From assembly GCA_046726415.1 (NCBI GenBank), contig JBKPAK010000085.1:1-51352 (forward strand): a stretch of 51,352 nucleotides of DNA, given 5' to 3'. The stretch is from Candidatus Methylomirabilota bacterium. GTDB taxonomy: Bacteria; Methylomirabilota; Methylomirabilia; Rokubacteriales; CSP1-6. The notes beneath the pieces are model-generated. The model did no database searches and was not told where the DNA came from. It saw only the letters and a program-made list of their open reading frames with translations. Positions 35,318-47,017 of the stretch are shown one piece after another. Every line of letters starts with the position of its first letter. The first letter of the stretch is position 1. The position numbers and the translations under genes are program-made.

Positions 35318-36708
35318 GCGGGCAGCGCGGGCCTGATTACCTCGCCTCCCTCGCGGGTCGCCGGGTCGCCGTGGTCGGCCTCGCTCGGAGCGGGGTCGCG
35401 GCGGCGCGGCTCTTGTGCGAGTCCGGAGCGCGGGTCGTGGCCACAGACGCCAAGCCCCTCAGCGCGCTGTCCGCCGAGGCGCGGGGGCTCGAGGCCTTGG
35501 GTGTCAAACTGATGACCGCCGACGCCATGCCGCTGGACGACGCCGAGTTGGTGGTGGCCAGTCCAGGCGTGCCCCTCGACGGCGAGCAGCTCGCGCCGGC
35601 TCGACAGCGGGGCGTGCCAGTCATCGGCGAGCTGGAGCTGGGCTGGCGCGCCTGCGAGGCGGAAGCGGTGGCCATCACCGGCACCAATGGCAAGACCACC
35701 ACCACCGCGCTCGTCGGCGCCTTGCTCGCCCGCCCGCCCCGCGCCGTGCTGGTGGCGGGAAACATCGGAACGCCGCTGGCGGCCGAGGCGGCGCGGTTTG
35801 CCCGCGACGGCTGGCTGGTGCTGGAGGTGTCCAGCTTCCAGCTGGAGACGATCCAGCGTTTCCGGCCCCGAGTGGCTGCCGTGCTCAACATCACCCCCGA
35901 CCACCTCGATCGCCACGGCACCTTCACCGCCTACTTCGCCGCCAAGGCCCGGATCCTGGAAAACCAGGGCCCGGGCGATGGCGCCGTCCTCAACGAGGAC
36001 GACGCCGGGGCGCGTGCCCTGGCCGCCGCGGTGCGGGGCGACCTCGTGTGGTTCAGCCGGCGGCGCGAGCTGCCCCGCGGGGTGTTCGTGCGCGATGGCT
36101 GGATCGTCGCCCGCCTCGACGGGGCCGCGGAGCAGGTGTGCCCGGTGAGCGAGATCTCGCTCCGCGGCGCCCACAACATCGAGAACGCGCTCGCCGCCAC
36201 CGCATGCGCCCGCTGGCTGGGCGTCCCCGCGGCGACGATCCGCGAGGGGATCGCCGCCTTCCGCGCCGTGGCTCACCGGATCGAGTTCGTCCGCGAGCTG
36301 GACGGGGCAGCCTACTACAACGACTCGAAGGGCACCAACGTCGAGTCGACTATCAAGGCCCTCGAGAGCTTCACCGAGCCGGTCGTGCTGATCGCGGGCG
36401 GCAAGGGCAAGGGCCAGGACTTCGCGCCGCTGGCCCGGGTGGCCCGCGGCCGGGTCAGGCTGGCCGTCCTGATCGGGGAAGACGCGCCGCGGATGGCCGC
36501 CGCGCTCGAGGCCGAACGCGTGGCCAGCGCGCGAAGCTCATCGCTCGAGGCCGCGCTGGAGACCGCGCGAATGGCGGCGCAGGCGGGTGACGTCGTGCTG
36601 CTCTCTCCGGCGTGTGCCTCCTTCGACATGTTCGACAACTACGAACACCGCGGCGACGTCTTCAAGCACCTCGCGCGGCAAATGGATTCGAAAGCGGTGG
36701 GCAGGTAG
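35314..36708 (+). CDS. murD: UDP-MurNAc-L-Ala:D-Glu ligase MurD
   Basis: GLARSG, ITGTNGKTTT, EVSSFQL, DHLDRH, NDSKGTN and SPACASFD; GTGA overlap with mraY. Confidence 0.96.
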   Translation: MSGQRGPDYLASLAGRRVAVVGLARSGVAAARLLCESGARVVATDAKPLSALSAEARGLEALGVKLMTADAMPLDDAELVVASPGVPLDGEQLAPARQRGVPVIGELELGWRACEAEAVAITGTNGKTTTTALVGALLARPPRAVLVAGNIGTPLAAEAARFARDGWLVLEVSSFQLETIQRFRPRVAAVLNITPDHLDRHGTFTAYFAAKARILENQGPGDGAVLNEDDAGARALAAAVRGDLVWFSRRRELPRGVFVRDGWIVARLDGAAEQVCPVSEISLRGAHNIENALAATACARWLGVPAATIREGIAAFRAVAHRIEFVRELDGAAYYNDSKGTNVESTIKALESFTEPVVLIAGGKGKGQDFAPLARVARGRVRLAVLIGEDAPRMAAALEAERVASARSSSLEAALETARMAAQAGDVVLLSPACASFDMFDNYEHRGDVFKHLARQMDSKAVGR

Positions 36709-37798
36709 ATGCCCAGGCGCCTCAGACCCGACATGTGGCTCTTCGGCATCGCCGTCATCCTCTTGTCGGTGGGGGTGGTGATGGTCTATTCGGCCAGCGC
36801 CATCGTCGCCGCGGAGCGCTTCCACGACCCGTTCATGTTCCTCCGGAAGCAGCTCTTCTGGGCGGCGCTGGGCGGGATCGCCCTGTGGGTCGCCATGCGG
36901 ATCGACTATCGGCACCTCGAGAAACTCATGGTGCCGGCCCTCGCGGTCGCCGTCGTGCTGCTGGTGATCGTGCTGGTGCCGCCCTTCGGCCAGTCGATCA
37001 ACGGGACTCGCCGCTGGTTGCGGCTGGGCCCGGTGTCCTTTCAGCCAGTCGAGCTGGCCAAGCTCGCCTTGGTGATTTATCTGGCGGCGTTTCTCGCCCG
37101 GCGCCGCGAGCAGCTCCACGAGCTGTGGCGCGGGCTCGCGCCGCCCGTGCTGGTGGCCGGGACCTTGGCCGGCCTCGTGCTGCTTCAGCCGGATCTCGGC
37201 AACGGCCTCACCTTGCTCGCGGTCACCTTCGGTCTGCTGTTCGTCGCCGGGATGCGGGTTCGCCATCTGGCGATGATCCTGGTGGCGGCGCTGCCCCCCG
37301 TGGTGGTGCTGGTGGCCATCGCGCCGTATCGGGTGCGCCGGATCATCGCCTTTCTGGATCCCTGGCAGGATCCGCGCGGCAGTGGCTTCCAGATCATCCA
37401 GTCGTACCTGGCGATCGGCGGCGGTGGGCCGCTGGGCCGCGGCATCGGTGAATCGAGGCAGAAGCTCTTTTATTTGCCGGAGTCCCACACGGACTTCATC
37501 TTCGCCATCATCGGAGAAGAGCTTGGCTTCGTCGGGGCGGCGGCCGTCGTGGGCCTGTTCGCCCTCTTCATCTGGCGGGGCCTGCGCATCGGCCTGCGCA
37601 GCCCGGAGCCCTTCGGGGCCTACCTGGCCCTGGGGATCACCGTCCTCGTGGCCACCCAGACCATCGTCAACCTCGGCGTCGTGACCGGCCTCCTGCCCAC
37701 GAAGGGATTGCCGTTGCCGTTCATCTCGTTTGGCGGCTCGGCCCTCGTGGTCACGATGGCCTCGACAGGAGTGCTCTTGAACATCTCGCAACACGCGC

Positions 37799-37806
<8 letters not shown>
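36709..37806 (+). CDS. ftsW: Peptidoglycan glycosyltransferase FtsW
   Basis: [28 protein letters not shown] and PFISFGGS. Confidence 0.96.
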
Positions 37807-39192
<1,386 letters not shown>

Positions 39193-39199
<7 letters not shown>

Positions 39200-40071
39200 G
39201 AGAGATCCGGGGCGAAGTCCGCTTCAAGGAGCCGCTCGGGTTCCACACGTCGCTGCGCATCGGCGGCCCGGCGGACATCTTCGTGGTGCCCCAGAACATC
39301 GACGACATCCGCCATGCGCTCCAGTTCGCCGAGCGCGACCAACTCGCGGTCACCGTGATCGGCGGCGGGAACAACCTCCTCGTGGGGGATCGCGGCGTGC
39401 GCGGGGTGACCCTCAAGCTCGAGGGTTGCCTGGGCCGCGCCGAATACCGCGGAGAGGAGGCTCTGGCCGGGGCGGGCGTGAGTCTGTCCGGGCTCATCCG
39501 CGAAGCCGCCGCCCTTCACCTGGGCGGCATCGAATGCCTGATCGGGATCCCCGCGACCATCGGCGGCGCCCTGGCCATGAACGCGGGCACGGCCGACGGG
39601 GCGATCGGGGACTTCGTGAGCGCGGTGTACTTCCTCCATCCGGACGGGACCTTGGGAGAGTTCAAGCCCGGCCCCGGGCCGCTCGGCTACAGCGCCTTCC
39701 AGGCGCCCCTGGGCGCCGTGCTCATCGGTTGCCGGCTGCGCCTGCAGCGCCGTCCGATGGGGGAGATCCAGCGCGAGCTGAAGCAGCGCCTCAAACAGAA
39801 GAAGACGACGCAGCCGCTGGCCCTGGCCTCCGCCGGTTTCGTGTGGAGGAACCCCAGTGGGGGGTCGGCGGCCAAGCTCATCGAGAAATCCGGTCTCCGC
39901 GGCAAGCGGGTGGGCGGCGCGGAGATCTCGGCCAAGCATGCCAACTTCGTGGTGAACCGCGGCGGCGCTACCGCCGGAGACATCATCGCCCTGCTCGACC
40001 TCACTCGCGAGCGGGTGCGCCATCAGTTCGGTGTCGCGCTGGATCATGAAATCCGGATCATCGGCGAGTAG
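39193..40071 (+). CDS. murB: UDP-N-acetylenolpyruvoylglucosamine reductase MurB (atypical active-site motifs)
   Basis: [42 protein letters not shown] and EIRIIGE; GGAGGA upstream of ATG 39193. Confidence 0.9.
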
Positions 40072-40933
40072 GCGCGGCCGACTCGCCTCGCCGCACGGCA
40101 CGGCGGGGATCCTCGGCGACCTCGGCAGCCGCACGCCGCTGGTGACGGGACAGCGGATCCGCCGAACGCGCGCCCGCCGCCGAATGCGCGCGCGCCTGGC
40201 GCGAGGGATGAAGTGGTTGGGCGGCCTGACCCTCGGGGCGGCCGCGATGGCTGGCGTCACGGCCTGGCTCCTGACCACGCCAAGACTGGGCGTGCACTCG
40301 ATCCAGGTCGAGGGCGCCGCCCGCGTGCCGGTCGAGGAGATCCTGAGCGCGGCGGAGATCCCGCTCGGGGTCAACATCTTGCGCCTCGATCCGGCCGAGG
40401 TGCGCGCGCGCCTGGAAGCGCTGCCGCAGATCCGGCGTGCCGAGGTGATCCGCGAGTTTCCCAACCGAGTGACCCTCCTGGTGGAGGAACGTCGGCCCTT
40501 CACCCTCGTCCATGCCGGGCGCCTGCACTGGCTGGATGAGGAGGCGCGACTCATCGGCGAGGAGCGGGAGGCGGTGGCGCCGCCAGTGCCCATCGTGAGT
40601 GGTCTGTCCGAGGAGGAGCTGGCCAGCATGCGTTCGGCGCCCGGACCCAAGGCCCGGGCGGCCATGGCGCTGGTGCGGGCCCTGCTGCGGAGCGGTTCCA
40701 GCCTGGCCGCCGAGATCTCCGAGATCGACATGAGCCGACGCGAGGGTCCGGTGCTGTACACCCTCGACGGGATCGAGGTGCGGCTGGGCACCGAGCAGTG
40801 GGACGAGCGGCTGGCGCGCTTGGAGGGCGTGCTGGCCAAGGTGGCCACGCAGAATGGCCAAGGTGGCGCGGTGACGGCGGTGGACTTGCGCTTCCGCGAC
40901 CAGGTCGTGCTGCAGAACGGAGGACGGCGATAG
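40046..40933 (+). CDS. ftsQ: Cell division protein FtsQ/DivIB
   Basis: Basic N-terminus, one TM helix, POTRA region (REFPNRVTLLVEERRP) and VDLRFRDQV; start uncertain. Confidence 0.9.
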   Translation: MKSGSSASRRGRLASPHGTAGILGDLGSRTPLVTGQRIRRTRARRRMRARLARGMKWLGGLTLGAAAMAGVTAWLLTTPRLGVHSIQVEGAARVPVEEILSAAEIPLGVNILRLDPAEVRARLEALPQIRRAEVIREFPNRVTLLVEERRPFTLVHAGRLHWLDEEARLIGEEREAVAPPVPIVSGLSEEELASMRSAPGPKARAAMALVRALLRSGSSLAAEISEIDMSRREGPVLYTLDGIEVRLGTEQWDERLARLEGVLAKVATQNGQGGAVTAVDLRFRDQVVLQNGGRR

Positions 40934-42174
40934 CGCGCGTCAAGACCCAGGAGCCCATCGTCGGATTGGACGTGGGTACCACCAAGATTTGCTGCGTGAT
41001 CGCGGAGCCCGATTTCGACGGCGATCTCGAGGTGATCGGGCTCGGCGCGGCCCCCTCGCGCGGGCTGCGCAAGGGCGTCGTAGTCAACATCGACTCCACC
41101 GTCGAGGCCATCAAGACGGCCGTCACCCAGGCGGAGGAAAGGGCCGGGGTCGAGGTGGCGCGCGTCTACGTGGGCGTGGCGGGCGGCCACACCCGGGGCG
41201 TCAACAGCCGCGGCGTGGTGGCCATCTCCGGCAAGCATCACGAGGTGGATGAGACCGACGTGCAGCGGGCGGTGGACGCCGCGCGCGCCATCAACCTGCC
41301 CCAGGACCGCGAGATCATCCACGTCCTCCCCCAGACCTTCGTCGTGGACGACCAGGACTGCGTGCGGGAACCAATCGGCATGACCGGGGTGCGCCTGGAG
41401 GTCGAGGTGCACATCGTGTCGGGCGCCAGCACGTCCGTGCAGAACGTGATCCGCTCCGTGAACCGAGCGGGTCTGGCCGTGCACGACCTGGTGTTGCAGC
41501 CGCTCGCCTCCGCGGAGGCGGTGCTGTTCGAGGACGAGCGCGAGCTGGGAGTGGTGATCGTCGACATCGGCGGCGGCACGACGGACCTGGCCCTGGTGCG
41601 GGAGGGGGCGGTGTGGCACACGGCCATCCTGCCGCTGGGCGGTGATCACATCACCAACGACGTGGCCATCGGCCTGCGCACGCCCGTGGCCGACGCCGAG
41701 ATGCTGAAAAAGAACCACGGCGCCGCGCTCGCCGCCCAGGTGTCGGCGGACGAGACGGTGGACGTCCCGTCGGTCGGCGGCCGCAAGCCGCGACAGCTCT
41801 CGCGGCAGGTGCTGGCCGGGATCATCCAGCCGCGAGTCGAGGAGATCTTTGCCTTGGTGGCGAAGAGCCTCAGCCGGGCTGGCTTCGAGGGCGCGGCCAC
41901 CGCGGGCGTGGTGGTCACGGGAGGCACGTCGATCATGGAAGGCCTTCCCGAGCTGGCCGAGCGCGTGCTGGGCCAGCCGGTGCGCCGCGGGGCACCGTCG
42001 GTCGTCGACGGTCTCGTGGAGACGGTGACGAGCCCCATCTACGCCACCGGCGTAGGCCTCGCGCTCTACGGCGCCAAGCGGCGCCCGGTCAGCAGCATCG
42101 CCACCGACGGCGAGCGGGGACTTCTCGGCCGCCTGCGGCGCAGGTTCGCAACGGCCCTCGGCGAAATGCTGTGA
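40930..42174 (+). CDS. ftsA: Cell division protein FtsA
   Basis: VGLDVGTTKI, GLRKGVVVNI, DIGGGTTD, VVTGG and YATGVGL. Probable ATA start at 40930 after GGAGGA. Confidence 0.96.
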   Translation: MARVKTQEPIVGLDVGTTKICCVIAEPDFDGDLEVIGLGAAPSRGLRKGVVVNIDSTVEAIKTAVTQAEERAGVEVARVYVGVAGGHTRGVNSRGVVAISGKHHEVDETDVQRAVDAARAINLPQDREIIHVLPQTFVVDDQDCVREPIGMTGVRLEVEVHIVSGASTSVQNVIRSVNRAGLAVHDLVLQPLASAEAVLFEDERELGVVIVDIGGGTTDLALVREGAVWHTAILPLGGDHITNDVAIGLRTPVADAEMLKKNHGAALAAQVSADETVDVPSVGGRKPRQLSRQVLAGIIQPRVEEIFALVAKSLSRAGFEGAATAGVVVTGGTSIMEGLPELAERVLGQPVRRGAPSVVDGLVETVTSPIYATGVGLALYGAKRRPVSSIATDGERGLLGRLRRRFATALGEML

Positions 42175-42240
42175 TGGCATGACCGCCAGTTCCAGCGACC
42201 GTCGGCAGAGCCCTGGCGTAGGTCCGCAGGTCCGGGAAGC

Positions 42241-42665
42241 GCACGTCACACCCCGCGCAAACGGGGCGTCTGGGGCGGCAGGTACGTGTTGGGCCTGCGG
42301 CTAGATCGTAGTGCACGTCACACCGCGCGCAAGCAGGGAGGCGTGGGGCGGGGGGTTCGTGGGGGCCGCTGCGGCTAGGTGGTAGCGCATGTCGCACCCC
42401 GCGCAACCGGGGAGGCTTGGAGCGGGGGGTCCGTGGGGGACCCTGCCGCTATGTAGTAGCGGGTGTCACAGCCCGCGTGAGCGGGGCGGCTTGGAGCGGG
42501 GGGTCCGTGGGGGACCCTGCCGCTATGTAGTAGTGGGTGTCACAGCCCGCGTGAGCGGGGCGGCTTGGAGCGGGGGGTCCGTGGGGGACCCTGCCGCTAT
42601 GTAGTAGCGGGTGTCACACCCCGCGTGAGCGGGGAGGCTTGGAGGGGGCGTCTCGCCCCCTCCAA
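42241..42665. repeat. Six ~72-74 bp tandem units ending in a 12-bp-stem hairpin (family B, inverted relative to 11554-11731)
   Basis: GTC(A/G)CA recurs at 42245, 42317, 42391, 42465, 42539 and 42613. TTGGAGCGGGGGGTCCGTGGGGGACCCTGCCGCTATGTAGTAG is identical at 42417, 42491 and 42565. Hairpin TTGGAGGGGGCG-tct-CGCCCCCTCCAA at 42639-42665. Confidence 0.92.
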
Positions 42666-42680
42666 TTAGGAGGAGGGACG

Positions 42681-43844
42681 ATGGAGAAGGAGCGTGGGCG
42701 GCGGCCGCTCTTCGAGATCGAGGAGACTCCGCAAGCGGCGAAGATCAAAGTGGTCGGTCTCGGCGGCGGCGGCGGCAACGCCATCAGTCGCATGCTGGAG
42801 GCCCAGTTCACGGGTGTCGACTTCATCGTCGCCAATACCGACAGCCAGGCTCTGCGCGCGTCACCGGCCCCGGTGAAGATCCAGCTCGGGGCCAACCTCA
42901 CCAAAGGCCTCGGCGCCGGCGCCGATCCTGACATTGGCCGTCAGGCGGCCCAGGAAAACATGGAACAGATCGCCCGGCTTCTCGAGGGCGCGGACATGGT
43001 CTTCATCACCGCGGGCCTCGGGGGAGGGACGGGCACGGGCTCGGCTCCGGTGGTGGCATCCCTGACCAAGGAAATGGGGATCCTGACGGTGGCGGTCGTC
43101 ACCAAACCGTTCCATTTCGAGGGGCGCCGCCGCATGCTGCAGGCGGAGGCGGGTATGGAAGCGCTCCGCGGCGTCGTCGACACGCTGATCAGCATTCCCA
43201 ACCAGCGACTCCTGTCCGTGGTCGATCGGGGCACCCCGCTCATGGCCGCCTTCCGGGTGGCCGATGCCGTGCTGCAGCAGGCGGTGCAAGGCATCTCCGA
43301 TCTCATCCTGGTGCCGGGCCTCATCAACCTGGACTTTGCCGACGTGCGGACGATCATGTCGGGGATGGGCATGGCCATGATGGGCACCGGCGTCGGCCGC
43401 GGGGAAGATCGCGCGCTCGATGCGGCGCAGAAGGCCATCGCCAGTCCACTGCTGGACGACACGTCGATCGAGGGGGCCAAGGGGATTCTCATCAACTTCA
43501 CGGGCGGGCCGGACTTGTCCATCCACGAGGTGGAAGAGGCCGCCCGCATCGTCCAGGAAGCGGCGCACGACGAGGCCAACATCATCTTCGGTGCCGTCAT
43601 CGATCCAAACCTCGCGGACGAGGTGCGGATGACGGTCATCGCCACCGGCTTCAGCGAGAAGCGCGAGCTGCTCATGCCCGGCGGCAAGGTCGTCGATCTG
43701 CCTCCGCGCGCGGGGGGCCGCATGACGCCGCCCGCGCCGGGGGCATGGCGCCGGCGCGCGGCCGAGCCGCGCATGGATGGGGACGAGTCGATGGATGGCG
43801 ACGATCTCGACGTTCCCGCGTTTCTGCGGCGTCAGGCGGACTGA
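42681..43844 (+). CDS. ftsZ: Cell division protein FtsZ
   Basis: [24 protein letters not shown] and C-terminal [24 protein letters not shown]. Confidence 0.98.
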   Translation: MEKERGRRPLFEIEETPQAAKIKVVGLGGGGGNAISRMLEAQFTGVDFIVANTDSQALRASPAPVKIQLGANLTKGLGAGADPDIGRQAAQENMEQIARLLEGADMVFITAGLGGGTGTGSAPVVASLTKEMGILTVAVVTKPFHFEGRRRMLQAEAGMEALRGVVDTLISIPNQRLLSVVDRGTPLMAAFRVADAVLQQAVQGISDLILVPGLINLDFADVRTIMSGMGMAMMGTGVGRGEDRALDAAQKAIASPLLDDTSIEGAKGILINFTGGPDLSIHEVEEAARIVQEAAHDEANIIFGAVIDPNLADEVRMTVIATGFSEKRELLMPGGKVVDLPPRAGGRMTPPAPGAWRRRAAEPRMDGDESMDGDDLDVPAFLRRQAD

Positions 43845-43901
43845 GCAACGGCTCGGGGGAGCTTTCCTGGCTCCCCCGACGTCTTCGCGGCGGGTCGTGA
43901 C

Positions 43902-44639
43902 GTGATCGCACATGGGGCGCCGGTGGTGTACTTCACGTTTCGCAGTCTCGCGGCCATCGGACTGCCGCATGCGACCACGACGCGGCATTTCCCGGGCGTG
44001 CGGCCGTTTGGAAACTCCACCTCCCCATTCACGCCCGAGGCGCTGGCGGTGTTGAAGCCCACGGGCCTGGATGTGGGGCGAGCGGGCTTTGCCCGGCAGG
44101 TGCACGGGGTCGAGCGCGCGCGGGTGACGACTGGCGGATTGGCCGGGACGGCCGACATCTTGGTCACGACGGAGCGAAGGGTGCCGCTCGCGATCTCGAC
44201 GGCCGATTGCTTGGCCCTCACCGCGTACGATCCGTCCGCTGATGCCCTCGCCGTGGCCCATGTCGGGTGGCGAGGGACGGCGAGTGGCGGTGCCGCCGCC
44301 ACGGTCGCGGCGCTCGTCGCGGCGGGCGGGCGACCGGCGCGGATGCGCGTCGCGATCGGGCCGGCGATTGGGCCCTGCTGTTACGAGGTCGACGAGCCCG
44401 TGCGGTCGCTCTTTCGCGAGGCGTATCCGCGCGAGTGGGAGGGGTGGATGCAGCCGGGCCGCCCGGGTCACTGGAGGCTCGACCTGTGGCGGGCCAACGA
44501 GGAACTTCTCGTTGACGCCGGGGTGCCGCGGGCGTCGATCGAGAACGCGCGTCTGTGCACCGCCTGCCATCCGGCCCTTTTCTTTTCGTACCGCCGCGGG
44601 GATCACGGGCGTCTGGTGACCATCGCCGGCCTGCCCTGA
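43902..44639 (+). CDS. pgeF: Peptidoglycan editing factor PgeF / polyphenol oxidase family (YfiH/YlmD)
   Basis: QVHG, TADC, HVGWRG, GPAIGPCCYEV and FFSYRR. Confidence 0.92.
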   Translation: MIAHGAPVVYFTFRSLAAIGLPHATTTRHFPGVRPFGNSTSPFTPEALAVLKPTGLDVGRAGFARQVHGVERARVTTGGLAGTADILVTTERRVPLAISTADCLALTAYDPSADALAVAHVGWRGTASGGAAATVAALVAAGGRPARMRVAIGPAIGPCCYEVDEPVRSLFREAYPREWEGWMQPGRPGHWRLDLWRANEELLVDAGVPRASIENARLCTACHPALFFSYRRGDHGRLVTIAGLP

Positions 44640-44654
44640 GCCAGCCATCTCGGG

Positions 44655-44683
44655 TTGGCCACTTCGCGGCCATGGTCTAAAAT
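44655..44683 (+). promoter_or_regulatory. Putative internal sigma70 promoter for yggS-proC-yggT-divIVA
   Basis: TTGGCC-N17-TAAAAT, 9 nt before GTG 44693. Confidence 0.6.
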
Positions 44684-44692
44684 TCACCAACT

Positions 44693-45391
44693 GTGAACGA
44701 CGATATTCGAGCCAATGTCGAGCGCGTGCGCGAGCGCATCGCGCGCGCGGCCGGGCGCGCGGGCCGGCGCCCCGAGGACGTGCTCCTCATCGCCGTGTCC
44801 AAAACCGTCGACGTCGACCGCATCAAAAGCGCGGTGTCGGCCGGTATCACTGCCCTCGGCGAGAATCGCGTCCAGGAGGCCAAGGAGAAGGTCGCCGCGG
44901 TGGGGCGGCCGGTCCCCTGGCACCTCATCGGACATCTGCAGACCAACAAGGTGAAAGATGCCCTCGCGCTCTTCGACGTCATCCACTCCATCGACCGGCT
45001 GGAGCTGGCGCGGGAATGCGAACGGCGAGCCCGGGCGAGCGGGCGCGTCATCGACGCGCTGCTCGAGGTCAACGTCGCTGGCGAGGCGAGCAAGAGTGGC
45101 CTGGCCCCGGGCGACGTGGCCGAGGCCCTATCGGCGATGGCCGCGCTCGACCACGTGAGGATCCATGGGTTGATGGCCATTCCGCCAGCGGTGGAACGCG
45201 CCGAGGACGCGCGCGGATGGTTCCGCCAGTTGCGGGCCTTGGCCGAGCGCCACGGACTCAAGGAGCTGTCCATGGGCATGAGCGCGGACTTCGAGGTGGC
45301 CATCGAGGAAGGGGCCACCATGGTGCGGGTGGGCACCGCCATCTTCGGGGCGCGCCCAGCCCGGACCTCGCCGCCAGGAGAAAGCGCGTGA
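44693..45391 (+). CDS. yggS: YggS family PLP homeostasis protein
   Basis: IAVSKT, GENRVQE, WHLIGHLQTNK, LSMGMS and RVGTAIFG. Confidence 0.96.
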   Translation: MNDDIRANVERVRERIARAAGRAGRRPEDVLLIAVSKTVDVDRIKSAVSAGITALGENRVQEAKEKVAAVGRPVPWHLIGHLQTNKVKDALALFDVIHSIDRLELARECERRARASGRVIDALLEVNVAGEASKSGLAPGDVAEALSAMAALDHVRIHGLMAIPPAVERAEDARGWFRQLRALAERHGLKELSMGMSADFEVAIEEGATMVRVGTAIFGARPARTSPPGESA

Positions 45392-46212
45392 GCGTCACCG
45401 GCAAGGCGCTCGGCTTCGTGGGCGCCGGCGCCATGGGCGAGGCGCTCATCAAGGGCATCGTCGAGGCGCGGCTGGTGACGCCGGAGGCCATCCACGTCTC
45501 GGATGTGCGCGCGGAGCGGATGGCCGAGCTGAGCCAGCGCTACGGCATCCACTGGGCCAAGGACAACGCCGAAGTCGTCCGCCTGGCCGATGTCGTGGTC
45601 CTCGCCGTGAAGCCGCAGATCATGGGGGCGGTGCTCAGCGACATCCGTCCCGAGCTGAGCCGGCGCCATCTGACCATTTCCATCGCGGCCGGCGTGTCGA
45701 CGGCTCGGCTGCGCGAGACGCTCGGCCCGGAGGCGCGCCTCATCCGCGTGATGCCGAATACGCCCGCCCTCGTCCTGGAGGGCGTGACCGCCATCGCTAA
45801 GAGTCCAGGCCTGGAAGATGGCGATCTCGAGACGGCGGAAGCGCTGTTCCAGGCAGTCGGCAAGGTGGTCGTGCTCGATGAGAGCCTGATGGATGCCGTG
45901 ACGGGTCTCTCCGGCTCGGGTCCGGCCTACGTGGCCATCGTCATCGAGTCGCTCGCCGACGGCGGCGTGAAGATGGGGCTCGATCGCGCGACGGCCATGA
46001 CCCTGGCCACCCAGACCGTGCTGGGGGCGGCGCGCCTGCTCTCGCAGACGGCCATCCATCCCGGCGCCCTCAAGGACATGGTCAGCTCGCCGGGCGGAAC
46101 CACCATCGCGGGCATCGCCGCCCTCGAGGAGGGGGGCATTCGCACGACCTTCATCAAGGCCGTGGAGCGCGCCACCCTCCGCTCGCGCGAGCTGGGACGG
46201 GGCCCCGCCTAG
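45388..46212 (+). CDS. proC: Pyrroline-5-carboxylate reductase
   Basis: GAGAMG, AVKPQ, RVMPNTP, SGSGPAY and VSSPGGTT; GTGA overlap. Confidence 0.96.
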   Translation: MSVTGKALGFVGAGAMGEALIKGIVEARLVTPEAIHVSDVRAERMAELSQRYGIHWAKDNAEVVRLADVVVLAVKPQIMGAVLSDIRPELSRRHLTISIAAGVSTARLRETLGPEARLIRVMPNTPALVLEGVTAIAKSPGLEDGDLETAEALFQAVGKVVVLDESLMDAVTGLSGSGPAYVAIVIESLADGGVKMGLDRATAMTLATQTVLGAARLLSQTAIHPGALKDMVSSPGGTTIAGIAALEEGGIRTTFIKAVERATLRSRELGRGPA

Positions 46213-46511
46213 TGTTCGTCCTCGGCAATCTCCTGGAGGCGCTGGCCGCGGTGCTTCATCTCGTGCTGAACATCTACATCTGGATCCTCGTGGCGCGCGC
46301 GATCATCTCGTGGGTGAACCCCGACCCCTACAATCCCATCGTGCGCTTCCTCTATCGCGTCACCGAGCCGGTGCTGCGCCCGGTGCGCAACATGCTGCCC
46401 CTTCAGGGGATCGGCCTCGATCTCTCGCCGATGATCGTGCTACTGGTCATCTACGTGCTCGACAGATTCCTGGTGAGTTCACTGATCGACCTCGCCTCGA
46501 GCCTCCGGTAG
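46212..46511 (+). CDS. yggT: YggT family membrane protein
   Basis: ISWVNPDPYNP, VTEPVLRP and LDLSPMI. Confidence 0.93.
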   Translation: MFVLGNLLEALAAVLHLVLNIYIWILVARAIISWVNPDPYNPIVRFLYRVTEPVLRPVRNMLPLQGIGLDLSPMIVLLVIYVLDRFLVSSLIDLASSLR

Positions 46512-46527
46512 GCGAGAAGGGCAGGCC

Positions 46528-47004
46528 ATGCGCGTCACTCCGACCGACATCAGGCAGCAGAGCTTCACCGTGCGGCTGTTCCGCGGGTTCGACCTCCAAG
46601 AGGTCGACGCCTTCCTGGAGGACGTGGCGGAGGATTTGGAGTTCGCCATCAAGGAGAACACGACCCTCCGGGAGCAGCTGGCGGCCATGGAGGAGCGGAT
46701 GCGGGCCGTCGGCGAGCGCGAGAAGATCCTCCAGGAGACCTTGGTCACCACCCAGCGTTTGACCGAAGAGATGAAGGAGGCGGCCAAGCGCGAAGCCGGT
46801 CTCCACGTGCGAGAGGCGGAGCTCCAGGGCGAGAAGATCATGGAGTCAGCGCGCAGCGAAGAGGCGCGCATCCTCAACGACGTGCAGATGCTCAAGCGGA
46901 CCCGGCGACAGCTCGTGGAGGAAATCCGCTCCACCCTGGAGACCTATCAGCGCTGGCTCTCCGAGTTCAGCGGAGAGTCGGGCGACGCCACCCCCAAGCC
47001 GTGA
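46528..47004 (+). CDS. divIVA: DivIVA domain protein
   Basis: MRVTPTDIRQQSF..FRGFDLQEVDAFLE followed by a coiled coil. Confidence 0.92.
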   Translation: MRVTPTDIRQQSFTVRLFRGFDLQEVDAFLEDVAEDLEFAIKENTTLREQLAAMEERMRAVGEREKILQETLVTTQRLTEEMKEAAKREAGLHVREAELQGEKIMESARSEEARILNDVQMLKRTRRQLVEEIRSTLETYQRWLSEFSGESGDATPKP

Positions 47005-47017
47005 CGCCGGCGGCACC

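Noticed and set aside
34222-36708. 828-aa MurD with a large N-terminal extension, and similar extensions of FtsI, MurE, MurF and ProC in the ORF track
   Set aside because: The extensions are open alternative frames overlapping upstream genes; coupled starts lie at the upstream stop codons.
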